This document shows, piece after piece, positions 20,583 through 30,844 of a DNA stretch of 64,000 nt. Source of the stretch: Klebsiella phage vB_KpM_FBKp24; the sequence record MW394391.1, one strand, 5' to 3'. The notes beneath the pieces are model-generated. The model was not told where the DNA came from and ran no database searches. It was given only the letters and a program-made list of their open reading frames with translations. A program made the translations under genes and the position numbers. Position 1 is the first letter of the stretch; every line of letters starts with the position of its first letter.

Positions 20583-23488
20583 TGGCCGAGTATGATCTTA
20601 GTGCAGCGTTAGCGCGTGCACCTATCAATCCGGAATCTTTTCAACGTGTAGGGATCGAATTCCTTACCAGTAAATTAGACGGCGATACGCTAGTCGACGT
20701 AAATGCCCCGGCAATTCATCTCCTGGAAGCAAGTTCTTCTATGGCCGTTTATCATATCCAAGAAAACTTTGCGTTGGACCGCAGGCATTATCGACTGTTG
20801 GCACAGAGTTATGCTGATCTTTACGGGCATATGTCCGATGCCGATTACTTAGGGCGCTTTAGCAGCCCAGGTAAAGTAACCATGCGTTATACTGTCGGCT
20901 ATGACGATGTTATTGCTTCCATGGTGGAAGTTCCGGACACTAACGTAAAACGTGTTGTTATCCCTCGCTATACCGAGGTTCGTCCGGGCGGAGACTACCC
21001 GCTTACGTTACTTTACCCTATTGAAATTCGTCAGTTGCCCCATGACGGGTTACAAGTGGTGTTCAACACGGATGAAACTACACCTATTCAAACGCTGACC
21101 GATAACGTTCTTAACTGGACTTTCTTAAAAGACCCATCCGGGAACCAGGCTACTTATCTTCAGATCGACATCCCGATGTTTCAGCTGGCTAGAAACAGCA
21201 CTATTGAACAGATCTCTGATGGTAACTCCCGTTTTGCTGTCCCTTTTACCGATAGCTACTATTACACTCGTGTATTTCAGGGGACAGAAGGTAACTGGGC
21301 CGAACTTAACACCACGCATTCATTACAGGTTTACGACGCCTCAACCCCAACTGCGATTCTACAGGTCGGGGACGGAGTCTTGAACGTCACGATCCCGCCG
21401 ATCTATTACACAGCGGGGCTCGTCTCCGGTAACCTCCGTATTGATGTCTATACGACGCAAGGAGACATCTACGAAGATTTAACTAACTTTGCCGCAGAGA
21501 AATACAGCATCACTTGGGGGACCGATTCGGATGACCCAGATCTCGATGATTACTCATCGAGTGTTCCGAATTTACCTTACGCCTGGACATCTGCTGGCGC
21601 AATTACCGGGGGAACGGACGGTTTAACTTTCGAAGAACTACGTGAACGAAACATTTACAATGTTTCAAGTAACGAAAATAATACCCCGATCACCCCAGCC
21701 CAAATTGCGGCGCGCTTAAACTTGTTAGGGTTTGACATTGTGAAGTCGCGGGACGATATTGTTGATCGTCTTTATCTCGCTACAACCACTATGCCAACAC
21801 CGCCCGAATCTCTACTTAACGCAGGAATTGCGGCGGCGATGACCACATTCCAGACAAGCATTGATAAGCTGGTATTGGTTAAAGGGGTTTACGACAACGG
21901 TGATCGAGTAACGTTATCGCCGGATGTTTTATTCACCTTGACTAATGGGGTGTTGTCTTTGGTGGATAACAATCTTCGGCCGGAAAACCTTTATAAAACC
22001 CCGGAAACCTTTGTGAACGGTGTAAACCAAACCAACTACGCGTTCACGCCGTTCCACTATGTTCTGGACACGTCGTCAAACACATTTGCTTTACGTCCCT
22101 ATTACTTACAAAATCCGGAGCAGACTCGTCGTCGGTTTATTCGTGACAACGCCACGTTACTGATTGATATCAGTACCTCCGGCTTCGACATCTCCCGGAC
22201 AACAACAGGGTACCGCCTAACGATAGCCTGTACGGCGGGTCAAAGTTATTTAGGTATTGACCCAAGTAACCGTTTTGCGCAGTTGGCATTTATTCCAGCG
22301 GGAGAAACCGCCTACGCGTACCTTAACGGGACGTATATGGGCACTACCGGAACCAGTGTCGTTTGGTCATTTGATTTTGTTACCAATTTTGACCTCGATA
22401 GCGACGATAACTTGATAGTCACTAATTTCAGTATCTTCGAGGAAGAGCCACGAAAATTGGCACTGCCTTTAGAAACGGAATTTATGTTACTACACATTGT
22501 CAACGGTGAAGTGGATGATGGTTATCAGTACTCGGCGATTGATGGTCTTTTAGGTGATTTCTTATTACCGGATGATGCAAAAGGAATTACACAAGAGTTT
22601 GTGACGCTTAAACTGGGTACAGCGCTGGACCGTCTGTGGCACGGAGCGAGAAACGTTGCGGGGTCCTATGTTTACCAAACTTACGCCAGTGACGTTCTGG
22701 ATTATTACACAACGGATATCCCCGAGTACGACAGTAACGGCATTCCCGTGTTTGTTATCGAAGACGGCGTTCCGGTAATCAGTTACGCGCACAAAGCAGG
22801 GGACCAGAAGTTAGATGCGTCAGGTAACCCTATCGTCCTGCACAAAGCAGGAGATGCGGTTCTGGATAGCGGCGGTAATCCGATTCCCATTTCTGCTCGC
22901 CCGGTATTGCGTCTGATCGATTTACTTATCGTCGACGGGAATTACGCGTTTGTTACGCAGGACACGGATAAAAGTGATTTATCGTGGACAGCAAACAATC
23001 TCGCTAATACCCAACTAGATAAACTTGAAGAATTGGGTGGGGCGGTTCTTGAAAAGACAAACATCTACCTCTACCCGAAAAGAGGGTTCGGGCCGATCTC
23101 TGTCATTGTTGATGATGGTGTTGAGAAAGTCATCGATTCGTCATTAACCTTCAGCGTTAAGTTCTATCTAACGGGCACGGCTTATCGCGATACCGACTAC
23201 CGAACCGCGTTACAAACCTTGACAGCTAAAATCCTTAATGATGGTATACGTACCGATACGGTCTCGGTCTCGACATTGGTCACGTTGTTACAACCTCAGT
23301 TGGATGAAAATGTGGTCGGTTTCGATATCAACATGTACGCGCAAGGTACAGAGATGACCACCTTCACTTTGTCGGACGCTTCCATTCAACCGACGATTGA
23401 ACGTGTCATCGAGTACACCGAAGACGGTAAGTACGCTGTGAAAGAGAACATTGAATTCTTGTTTAAAAACCATAGCGTCACCAATTAA
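20582..23488 (+). CDS. large structural-type protein (968 aa) with internal tandem repeat
   Basis: Coupled to the upstream gene (TAATGG). Contains the repeat HKAGDQKLDASGNPI / HKAGDAVLDSGGNPI. Confidence 0.6.
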   Translation: MAEYDLSAALARAPINPESFQRVGIEFLTSKLDGDTLVDVNAPAIHLLEASSSMAVYHIQENFALDRRHYRLLAQSYADLYGHMSDADYLGRFSSPGKVTMRYTVGYDDVIASMVEVPDTNVKRVVIPRYTEVRPGGDYPLTLLYPIEIRQLPHDGLQVVFNTDETTPIQTLTDNVLNWTFLKDPSGNQATYLQIDIPMFQLARNSTIEQISDGNSRFAVPFTDSYYYTRVFQGTEGNWAELNTTHSLQVYDASTPTAILQVGDGVLNVTIPPIYYTAGLVSGNLRIDVYTTQGDIYEDLTNFAAEKYSITWGTDSDDPDLDDYSSSVPNLPYAWTSAGAITGGTDGLTFEELRERNIYNVSSNENNTPITPAQIAARLNLLGFDIVKSRDDIVDRLYLATTTMPTPPESLLNAGIAAAMTTFQTSIDKLVLVKGVYDNGDRVTLSPDVLFTLTNGVLSLVDNNLRPENLYKTPETFVNGVNQTNYAFTPFHYVLDTSSNTFALRPYYLQNPEQTRRRFIRDNATLLIDISTSGFDISRTTTGYRLTIACTAGQSYLGIDPSNRFAQLAFIPAGETAYAYLNGTYMGTTGTSVVWSFDFVTNFDLDSDDNLIVTNFSIFEEEPRKLALPLETEFMLLHIVNGEVDDGYQYSAIDGLLGDFLLPDDAKGITQEFVTLKLGTALDRLWHGARNVAGSYVYQTYASDVLDYYTTDIPEYDSNGIPVFVIEDGVPVISYAHKAGDQKLDASGNPIVLHKAGDAVLDSGGNPIPISARPVLRLIDLLIVDGNYAFVTQDTDKSDLSWTANNLANTQLDKLEELGGAVLEKTNIYLYPKRGFGPISVIVDDGVEKVIDSSLTFSVKFYLTGTAYRDTDYRTALQTLTAKILNDGIRTDTVSVSTLVTLLQPQLDENVVGFDINMYAQGTEMTTFTLSDASIQPTIERVIEYTEDGKYAVKENIEFLFKNHSVTN

Positions 23489-23500
23489 CATAAGCACAAT

Positions 23501-23536
23501 AGACAGAGGAGCTTTCGCTCCTCTGTCTATTTTATT
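23501..23536. terminator. bidirectional Rho-independent terminator
   Basis: Hairpin agacagaggagc-tttc-gctcctctgtct followed by attttatt. Confidence 0.75.
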
Positions 23537-24779
23537 CTTCAGGTTGGGCGTAAACCAGAAACATGTACAGTCGTTTCAGCCAACGACGATTTTCATCGTA
23601 AAAATCACAAGCGACATCTGTGATAAATTGCATCGACTGTAATGCCGCAAACAGATTATCGCTGACCTCTCGAACTTTATAAACCGCGCTACGGTCTCGT
23701 TCGAAGTATTTAGCTTGTTCCAGTAATTTATCCATCGCCTCTAAAGAAGCATGAATCCGACGACTTACCGTAATGATTCTTTCGCTGGCAGATTCTGGAT
23801 AAATAAAGGGCGAAGTGTCTTCTTTGAGGTTTTCAAAAGCCTGTTTACAGACATCTGTGAGCGGTTTAACATCATAAGGTAATGATTTACCGCTGTGTTC
23901 TTCTTGCTCGGTGGCCAGTGTTGTCATTGCTTGGCGAAGTCGGTCGTTCAGCGAATCGCCGTTACCGTTTAACAACCGTAACAATTTCTCTAATTGTTCG
24001 GATTTAAATGGTTTGACGGTAGCGACGTCGATTTCGTGACTTTCATCCCACTTCCCGGTAACCACAGCCTTAATAAGTGACTCAAGGCGCGTAACCGTTT
24101 TTTCCATGTAATCTACAATGGGTTCGGGATGTTTTACGAGACTGCCCAGTATAGCGTTGGTCTCTTTAGAAGTAATTGCGCGATCTGCGTATACCGTATA
24201 ATTCTCCTCGATCGCAGCCGCCATCGGGGAAAGTTTAGGATCGTGCAATATTTCTTCTTTTGTGCGCATCTTAGAGTTGAAACCCATCTCCTCGATTTTC
24301 TTCAAGAACTCATCGGTTTCTGCGCGCTTCTGCTTATCAAGGGTCTTGGTAAAGAAATCAACGAAAGATTTCATTTTCTCTTTAACCCACTTAATGGCAG
24401 TTTTGATCGCATTGATCACTACCTGGGCTATTTGTTTACCAATTTCCTCGCAAGCCACTTTCTGCTGGGTTTTTGAACGTTTCAGCGTGTAGGAGTTTAC
24501 CGGGTAATGGTCTGACAACGGCGCAATATTGAGCGCCTCAACCGCAGCCATACTTGAGCGATCAACACCTTCTTTCTCTACGTTTTCTAACGTTTCATTC
24601 AGGGCGTCGAGTTGCGCATCGTCACCCACTCGTTTCACCATGTAAAAAGACCATTGGTTATTGAGTTCCATGACGATGTCACGAAGGTTCTTCCCGTCTT
24701 CGCCTATAAACGTAAAGACCCCTGGAACAGGTTTAACAATCTTTGTGTTCTTCTCCGTTTCCATCTTCATTGGTCTCAT
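23532..24779 (-). CDS. hypothetical protein (415 aa)
   Basis: ORF. Confidence 0.55.
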   Translation of the reverse strand: MRPMKMETEKNTKIVKPVPGVFTFIGEDGKNLRDIVMELNNQWSFYMVKRVGDDAQLDALNETLENVEKEGVDRSSMAAVEALNIAPLSDHYPVNSYTLKRSKTQQKVACEEIGKQIAQVVINAIKTAIKWVKEKMKSFVDFFTKTLDKQKRAETDEFLKKIEEMGFNSKMRTKEEILHDPKLSPMAAAIEENYTVYADRAITSKETNAILGSLVKHPEPIVDYMEKTVTRLESLIKAVVTGKWDESHEIDVATVKPFKSEQLEKLLRLLNGNGDSLNDRLRQAMTTLATEQEEHSGKSLPYDVKPLTDVCKQAFENLKEDTSPFIYPESASERIITVSRRIHASLEAMDKLLEQAKYFERDRSAVYKVREVSDNLFAALQSMQFITDVACDFYDENRRWLKRLYMFLVYAQPEE

Positions 24780-25773
24780 TTAAGATAGGTTTCAATTTGG
24801 TCAGAATAATGGTTTTTAGCGCAGCGTCCGTTTCATGATCTAACTGAACTTTCAGGTATTTGCGCTGGACACTCAACGCGCTTTCCTGAATCGACAAATG
24901 TGTATCCAGTAAAAACATCAGTAGTCGGATCTGTTCGACAACGCGGCTCCACGCATTCAAAAGTGGCGCTTGTGCACTATTTAGTAGTGCTTTAATAAAA
25001 TTGTCGGTGACGATGTTGTAACGCAGCGAAAGGAATTGGTCTTTTACCTGCTCCACGCCTTCAGCGATGATCTCTGGGATAAATTCATACAACGTCTGAA
25101 TAGGGTCGGAGATCAAGTAGCTATTAGGCCAGCAGATGTCGTTACCGGATGTTGGGATATACGTTTCGTCATTCGGCGGGAGTAACGAACTAGCCCCATC
25201 ACGACCCCGAAGTTGATGGCAATGGAGATCAAAATGTTTGTGGTAATTCTGATCTCTGACCTTTTCCAGATTATAAAACGTTTCCGCTAACAGCTCCGGA
25301 TCTTTATCCAACAGCGGATGAATGACACCCGCAGCAAAATAGCGGGTGTTTTGAATCAACTCGGGAAGATCCATGTAGATCGTTTTAATGGCAGAGAAAT
25401 ATTCCTCAACCAAAATCCCTTTTCGATAAAACTGATCGGTAAACCCGGTGCGCTTTGCATTAAGGGCTTGTATTGCCACCTTTAACGCAGGGTCGGTATT
25501 AGCATCGGTGTGTTGACGAATTGTTCGCATGTAAATCAAACAATCGTTGATCAGCGAATTTGTTTCCGACAAGCGTTGAATTTCCTTTTTGGCGCTAAAG
25601 AAAAGCGCCAATCCTTCATCGACAAAATGTATCTTCGGTAAAAAGATATCAAGTACAGAAACAGACTCTTCCATTTCTGTTTTTGTGGATGTCTCGTTGA
25701 CCATCTCCGCGATTCGACAACGAAGATCAGGAGAGAAATGCGGATTATGGTCTTCCAGCGAGGTGATGGTCAT
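24733..25773 (-). CDS. hypothetical protein (346 aa)
   Basis: ORF. Confidence 0.55.
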   Translation of the reverse strand: MTITSLEDHNPHFSPDLRCRIAEMVNETSTKTEMEESVSVLDIFLPKIHFVDEGLALFFSAKKEIQRLSETNSLINDCLIYMRTIRQHTDANTDPALKVAIQALNAKRTGFTDQFYRKGILVEEYFSAIKTIYMDLPELIQNTRYFAAGVIHPLLDKDPELLAETFYNLEKVRDQNYHKHFDLHCHQLRGRDGASSLLPPNDETYIPTSGNDICWPNSYLISDPIQTLYEFIPEIIAEGVEQVKDQFLSLRYNIVTDNFIKALLNSAQAPLLNAWSRVVEQIRLLMFLLDTHLSIQESALSVQRKYLKVQLDHETDAALKTIILTKLKPILNETNEDGNGEEHKDC

Positions 25774-25783
25774 ACAGTATTCC

Positions 25784-26242
25784 TTATTTCACCGCCGCGT
25801 CAGGACGCGTCATATCGAGAATAACCGGAGTGAGTTTATCTTGCAGTAAAAATGCGGCATTAGCGATGACCGCATAATCCATCCCGTCGCCCGCGAACTG
25901 CGCCAGGAAAACAGCAGCTGGGGTATTGCCGGTCAATACCGCTTCGACTTCTGCTTGGGAATGAACATGACAGGCGCGATAACGGCCCAGCCAGACTTCC
26001 TGTACGCCGGACTGGACAAGGGAAATATCCAGTAAAAAACGCTCGTTGAATTCAGAAACAAACTGAGTGATTTTCCAGCGGTATTGTTCAGTAAACCATT
26101 CCGCCGGATTTTCCACTGCGCTGTTCGGGAGCGGAAGGGAGTAGCCTAGTCCGACTGCGAGCGCTAACGACAAACGGACTTTGTCGACACCAACTACTTT
26201 AGTCAGCGGCTCGACAATACTTTGAACAAATTGGCGATTCAT
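25784..26242 (-). CDS. hypothetical protein (152 aa)
   Basis: ORF. Confidence 0.5.
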   Translation of the reverse strand: MNRQFVQSIVEPLTKVVGVDKVRLSLALAVGLGYSLPLPNSAVENPAEWFTEQYRWKITQFVSEFNERFLLDISLVQSGVQEVWLGRYRACHVHSQAEVEAVLTGNTPAAVFLAQFAGDGMDYAVIANAAFLLQDKLTPVILDMTRPDAAVK

Positions 26243-26255
26243 TTTTATTTTTTCC

Positions 26256-27593
26256 TTACTTCAGAGTTTGTAAAAGGTTTGCGGCCGCAAACAGATTATT
26301 ATTTGCTACTGACTGCAGATCTTGAAGGAGAACTCGCTTCGCTTTTTGGTCACGAGATTTGGAAGAGAAGAATAACCAAACCTTCTCGTAATACAGTTCT
26401 TTATCGTCAGTGGCTTTAATAAGCGCAGTGATAGTTTCCAGATTATGCGAAAGTACTAATCTTTGTTCAGCAGGGATATTTTTGGTTTTCATCTGCTGAA
26501 GTATTTCTTGACGTAACCGCTCTAACCGCTCACCCGGTTTATCGTAAACAATTTTGAACGGATTGAAGAGTAATACCAGTAATTCCAGAATAATAAAAAT
26601 ACTGAGTACAGGATTAATCATTGCGGCAAGAACAAAGACCACCCAACGGATGATGGTACCTGACCAAATTTGGAACTTAGTCGAATAAGAAGTGTCGCCA
26701 GACGACCGCATTATTTTATCTAATGCGGTTGCCAAAGGAACCGTCATACCCATACGAGAAGAGAATTGGTCGGAAAGACTTTCCCATGAGCGCATATCGT
26801 AAATACTGGCGCCAAATTCTGACTTAGTTTGTTCGTAGATATCAGAGAAAATGGAGATTGCAATAGTGTCGTTATCTGAAGCTTCAGCAATCATATCTTG
26901 GTTACTGATAGTTACGCCAGTAGCCGACTCAACGCCCTTGAAAATTTTCACTTTCTCTTCGGTATTTTTTGCTTTATCTAACCGTTTTACCGTATCGAAT
27001 AAAGTGAAACAAGTGCTGAAAGTATAAGACAGAGTTTCTAAATAGGAAAAAATATGACCAACCTCATGCAGCAATGCCGCTACGATCTCTTCATTGGTAA
27101 AATCATCTGCTTTGGCCATACCATAGGTAATCCCTACTGTACAGGGAACTTTTTGGAAAAACCCACCTACGGTAGCATTGGCGCGGTTAACTGAACCAAC
27201 CGCAGATTCAATATCGTTTTCCAAAACTTTACGGCCATCACCAGCTTTCTGTAGCCAGCTGCCATATGTTCTTACCATGACACTATTTTTAACAATGTCG
27301 GGCGGGATGGCAAACGCGTTAACAAAATCTTGGGGGAAGACCTTAAAAACAAGCTCGTTCAATTTGAACCGATCGCGGAGTATTTTCTGTATTACGTTTG
27401 AGAATGCATCAATTTCTTTTTGATCTGGTACTCTCACATCTTTAAATCGCACACGAAAATCTTCAAAGGCAATTATTAATTTTTTACATACCGGATCGTA
27501 GCCTTGAAAATCAATCGATTCAAAAGCTGGGATTGAAAGTCGGGAGAACTTTTCATCGAACATCACATCTCTCCTCGGAAATGTTTTCACCAA
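26256..27593 (-). CDS. HExxH zinc metalloprotease-like membrane protein
   Basis: Motif LLHEVGHIF, plus a C-terminal hydrophobic stretch of about 35 aa (IIRWVVFVLAAMINPVLSIFIILELLVLLF). Confidence 0.55.
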   Translation of the reverse strand: MVKTFPRRDVMFDEKFSRLSIPAFESIDFQGYDPVCKKLIIAFEDFRVRFKDVRVPDQKEIDAFSNVIQKILRDRFKLNELVFKVFPQDFVNAFAIPPDIVKNSVMVRTYGSWLQKAGDGRKVLENDIESAVGSVNRANATVGGFFQKVPCTVGITYGMAKADDFTNEEIVAALLHEVGHIFSYLETLSYTFSTCFTLFDTVKRLDKAKNTEEKVKIFKGVESATGVTISNQDMIAEASDNDTIAISIFSDIYEQTKSEFGASIYDMRSWESLSDQFSSRMGMTVPLATALDKIMRSSGDTSYSTKFQIWSGTIIRWVVFVLAAMINPVLSIFIILELLVLLFNPFKIVYDKPGERLERLRQEILQQMKTKNIPAEQRLVLSHNLETITALIKATDDKELYYEKVWLFFSSKSRDQKAKRVLLQDLQSVANNNLFAAANLLQTLK

Positions 27594-27660
27594 TAAAGGA
27601 AGGGGTTACACAAGAAAGTACTCCTCTCTAAAAAGAGGAGGGTTTCTATTCCTGTAGACC

Positions 27661-29430
27661 GTGAAAGTTTTAACTCAGGATGCCAGCCCAAAGATGAAAA
27701 AATTCAATCGTGAAGACATTGAGGGATTTGAATTTAAAACCTCTTTTTTTGTCCCTTCCAATGTTACTCCTGGGAGTGACCTTTTAGTTATTAAAGAAAT
27801 TATCCATTTAAAGAACGGTGAGCAACACCCTAACCTCCGGTTCATCAAAGATTTTAAACGCCCTTATTACGTCACTCGTGAAAGCCAACGAAAATACAAA
27901 GAGAAACGTGTTTGGGAAAGTATAGAGAATTTGCGCCGGTACGACTGCACGCAGTCGGGTATGGCAATGGACATCCAACGGAAGCTGAAAACGGGCCGTG
28001 GCGGAATTAAAACTCTTAATCGAAACCCATATTTATTTGGTACGGATATTTCCAGCTCTGTATTGGTAAAGCATCAATACATGACAAAGTTCCCCCACCT
28101 GAAAAGCCTTTACCGTGTTGCCCACCTTGATATCGAATTTGACGTTGTTGACGGCACTGACAGTATTAACATGATTTCTGTCTCTTGTGGCGGAATGGTT
28201 TATCAAGCTATCACTAAAGCCTACATCGGTACGGCCATTGATTTTGTACAGAAAGTCCGTGACTGTTACGAAAGGGAAGTTGTCCCTATTTTGCGGGAAG
28301 TGGACAGTCGGATTAAACAATTTAGTGATAAAGGGATAAATCATCATTTTGATCTGGACATCTACGAAGCCCATGACGAAGAAGATGCCGTTCGCTGGAT
28401 CTTTGATAAACTCCATAATGTCATTAAGCCTGATATGTTGTCTATTTGGAACTTACCTTACGATACCAAAAAGATGATGCAGGCGTTGGCGCGAAGAGGC
28501 GTGCCTTACGAAACTGTATTCAATGATCCTTCAATTCCTGATGACTTTAAATACTTTGACTTGACGGAAGGTCAGGCAAAGGTTCCTGATGCCAACGGCG
28601 TCTTTGAATCGAAAGACCCGTGTGATCGCTGGCATAAAGTCGTGAGTCCTGGGAACTTCTTCTGGGTTGACCAGATGTCGGTACGTAGGGCAGTAAGGAA
28701 ACACCTTAACAAAGAACCGTCGTATTCTTTAGGTGATATTCTCTACAAAGAACTGGGCTTCGGTAAGTTAAAAGGCGACAAAGGGATTCGTTCCACCGGG
28801 ATCGACTGGCACAAACACATGCAACGCGATGAAAAAGTTTTCTATTGCGTTTACAACATGTTCGATAACATAGGTGCTCAGCTTCTCGATGAAAAAACAG
28901 AAGACCTTCGTTCTACATTCCCTGCTCAGTGCGGTTACAGCGAATTGCAATCCTACGGTTCTCAGGGCCGTAAACTTGCCGATGACTTCTATTTTGACTT
29001 GTTAGAAAAAGGTTACGTTTTAACCGGAACGTCGGACAAGATGGAGAAGGAGCTTGACAAACACCTCGTCCCTCTGGATGGTTGGATTTCGACATTGGCA
29101 GCGCATCTTATTCATGAGGAAATGGGGAACAAAGTTCTTAAAGAACATCCCGGTACTTTCACGAAGATCGTTAAGTGGGTTCTTGATATCGACGTTAAAT
29201 CCTCCTATCCGTCTACCGGGGTATGGATGAACTTGTCGCAGGAAACGACAAAACGAGCAATGTGTAAAATTATTGGGGTAAACTTTGAGGAACAAAGAAG
29301 GGCCGGTTTAAATATTTGTGCGGGGAGGGTCAACTCGGTAGAGATTGTTACCAAGTTATGTAATGCACCTACTCAGTTGCAGATGCTTCAACGCTTTTGT
29401 AAGGCAAAAGGAATTACATTAGAAGACTAA
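27661..29430 (+). CDS. DnaQ-like / family-B polymerase-type 3'-5' exonuclease domain protein
   Basis: Exo I motif HLDIEFD, an Exo II-like WNLPYDTKKMM, and an Exo III-like YCVYNMFD. No polymerase palm motifs are visible. Confidence 0.5.
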   Translation: MKVLTQDASPKMKKFNREDIEGFEFKTSFFVPSNVTPGSDLLVIKEIIHLKNGEQHPNLRFIKDFKRPYYVTRESQRKYKEKRVWESIENLRRYDCTQSGMAMDIQRKLKTGRGGIKTLNRNPYLFGTDISSSVLVKHQYMTKFPHLKSLYRVAHLDIEFDVVDGTDSINMISVSCGGMVYQAITKAYIGTAIDFVQKVRDCYEREVVPILREVDSRIKQFSDKGINHHFDLDIYEAHDEEDAVRWIFDKLHNVIKPDMLSIWNLPYDTKKMMQALARRGVPYETVFNDPSIPDDFKYFDLTEGQAKVPDANGVFESKDPCDRWHKVVSPGNFFWVDQMSVRRAVRKHLNKEPSYSLGDILYKELGFGKLKGDKGIRSTGIDWHKHMQRDEKVFYCVYNMFDNIGAQLLDEKTEDLRSTFPAQCGYSELQSYGSQGRKLADDFYFDLLEKGYVLTGTSDKMEKELDKHLVPLDGWISTLAAHLIHEEMGNKVLKEHPGTFTKIVKWVLDIDVKSSYPSTGVWMNLSQETTKRAMCKIIGVNFEEQRRAGLNICAGRVNSVEIVTKLCNAPTQLQMLQRFCKAKGITLED

Positions 29431-29440
29431 CCAAACATAA

Positions 29441-29468
29441 ATCACTGGACCCGAAAAGGTCCAGTGAT
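29441..29468. terminator. terminator-like hairpin between convergent genes
   Basis: Hairpin atcactggacc-cgaaaa-ggtccagtgat. Confidence 0.55.
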
Positions 29469-29476
29469 TATGCATG

Positions 29477-30844
29477 TTATTTCAAGGCGCGTTTCCAGTT
29501 CCATCTTGTTGTTTTAAGTGCGGCGCCGTGCATTTTGGCCATTGAAATGCTCATAAGGATGTTACCAACTTCGGTGGCCAGCGCACCCAAAGCATTACGA
29601 CTCCCTTCAAAACGTTTGCCCATACATTTTACACAAAAGTTACCGTTTTCCGTGTGACAAAATTGTGGGGACCTGAAGATAAACGTTCTACCGTGTACAG
29701 TAGCTGCTACTTCCGGTGTCATGAGGGAGAGTTCATTTTTGTCATTGAAATAATAAGCCCAATGGAAATTCGACTCATTATCTTTCGTGACCATGTGCTT
29801 AATCCCTAATTTCGATCCGCAATCATCTTCTGTAATTTTGGTATTAAGGAAGAAACGACCGATGAACTTAGCTGCTTCACCTCCCAGTGCTGTTACTGCA
29901 CCACGGTTAAAAGAACCGTCGATGAGTGAGTTAGCCATTTCCGGTAATTTGGTGATATCCCATTGCTCGGACAGTGGGTTTTGAATCACCGTAATTTTGT
30001 TACGGTTCTCGAAGTCGTATTCTACGGCATGAGATATATAGGCTTTGGCACGTACAACATCGAAATCCTTAGACCCTGGGCGAAGGAAACCTTTTTCCGG
30101 ATCTTGGGATTGGAACTCGATATCGTACTTGATAAGTTCGGCCATAATTTTGGCGACGATAGCAGGATTATCTAGCTGATCTTTATACTGTTCGTAAAGC
30201 GCCTTTCTTCTTTCTGCCATATCGGGGGCGGTTACAATCGTGTAAGGCGTTGCCGCTGGAGCGGCCAATTGGCACCAACCTGTAATAGAGTAAGCCGCCG
30301 GGTAATAGCGTTTTTCTAGTTCATCGGTGTAGATTGCTTTAGGGTCGCGATCATTAGGGTCGTCAGGAGGAGACTGTAGCAATGCGGCTATTTTATCCTC
30401 TATCTTCCCCAGTTTAATTTGACCCGTGACGAAACTAATTTTATCGCCAAAGGAGTGGCAGAGCACGGTTTGGTTAACGAGGACATTACCCACCAAGGTG
30501 GTGATTTTTTCTTTTACATTAATCAGATCACCGGGCTGAAGTTCAATTTCATCTTTGAAGTGAAAAGGTGCTTTATTAGGTTCGGCGCCTTGTAATACGT
30601 CCCAATCTTTTCTGACCGGGTCAAAGAAAACGACCCTGTCGTCGTCAATAAAGAGTTGATAGGGGTATTCTTCAAAGTCTTGGCGTTTTGGTTCATCTTT
30701 AAAATAGAGAGGGTATTTCCCGCTGGGTCGACGTTCTTCATCTTTGGCGGGATATTGAACGATCCCGAACGCATCAATAACCCAACCCTTGTAGAGATAG
30801 CTGCCGTAGTTTAAAGCAGCTAATAAATAGTCGCGCTTAATCAT
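29477..30844 (-). CDS. RNA polymerase beta-prime-like fragment (Zn-finger and trigger-loop region at C-terminus)
   Basis: C-terminal CHTENGNFCVKCMGKRFEGSRNALGALATEVGNILMSISMAKMHGAA aligns to bacterial beta-prime C888..C895xxC898YG...[30 protein letters not shown]. Confidence 0.5.
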   Translation of the reverse strand: MIKRDYLLAALNYGSYLYKGWVIDAFGIVQYPAKDEERRPSGKYPLYFKDEPKRQDFEEYPYQLFIDDDRVVFFDPVRKDWDVLQGAEPNKAPFHFKDEIELQPGDLINVKEKITTLVGNVLVNQTVLCHSFGDKISFVTGQIKLGKIEDKIAALLQSPPDDPNDRDPKAIYTDELEKRYYPAAYSITGWCQLAAPAATPYTIVTAPDMAERRKALYEQYKDQLDNPAIVAKIMAELIKYDIEFQSQDPEKGFLRPGSKDFDVVRAKAYISHAVEYDFENRNKITVIQNPLSEQWDITKLPEMANSLIDGSFNRGAVTALGGEAAKFIGRFFLNTKITEDDCGSKLGIKHMVTKDNESNFHWAYYFNDKNELSLMTPEVAATVHGRTFIFRSPQFCHTENGNFCVKCMGKRFEGSRNALGALATEVGNILMSISMAKMHGAALKTTRWNWKRALK

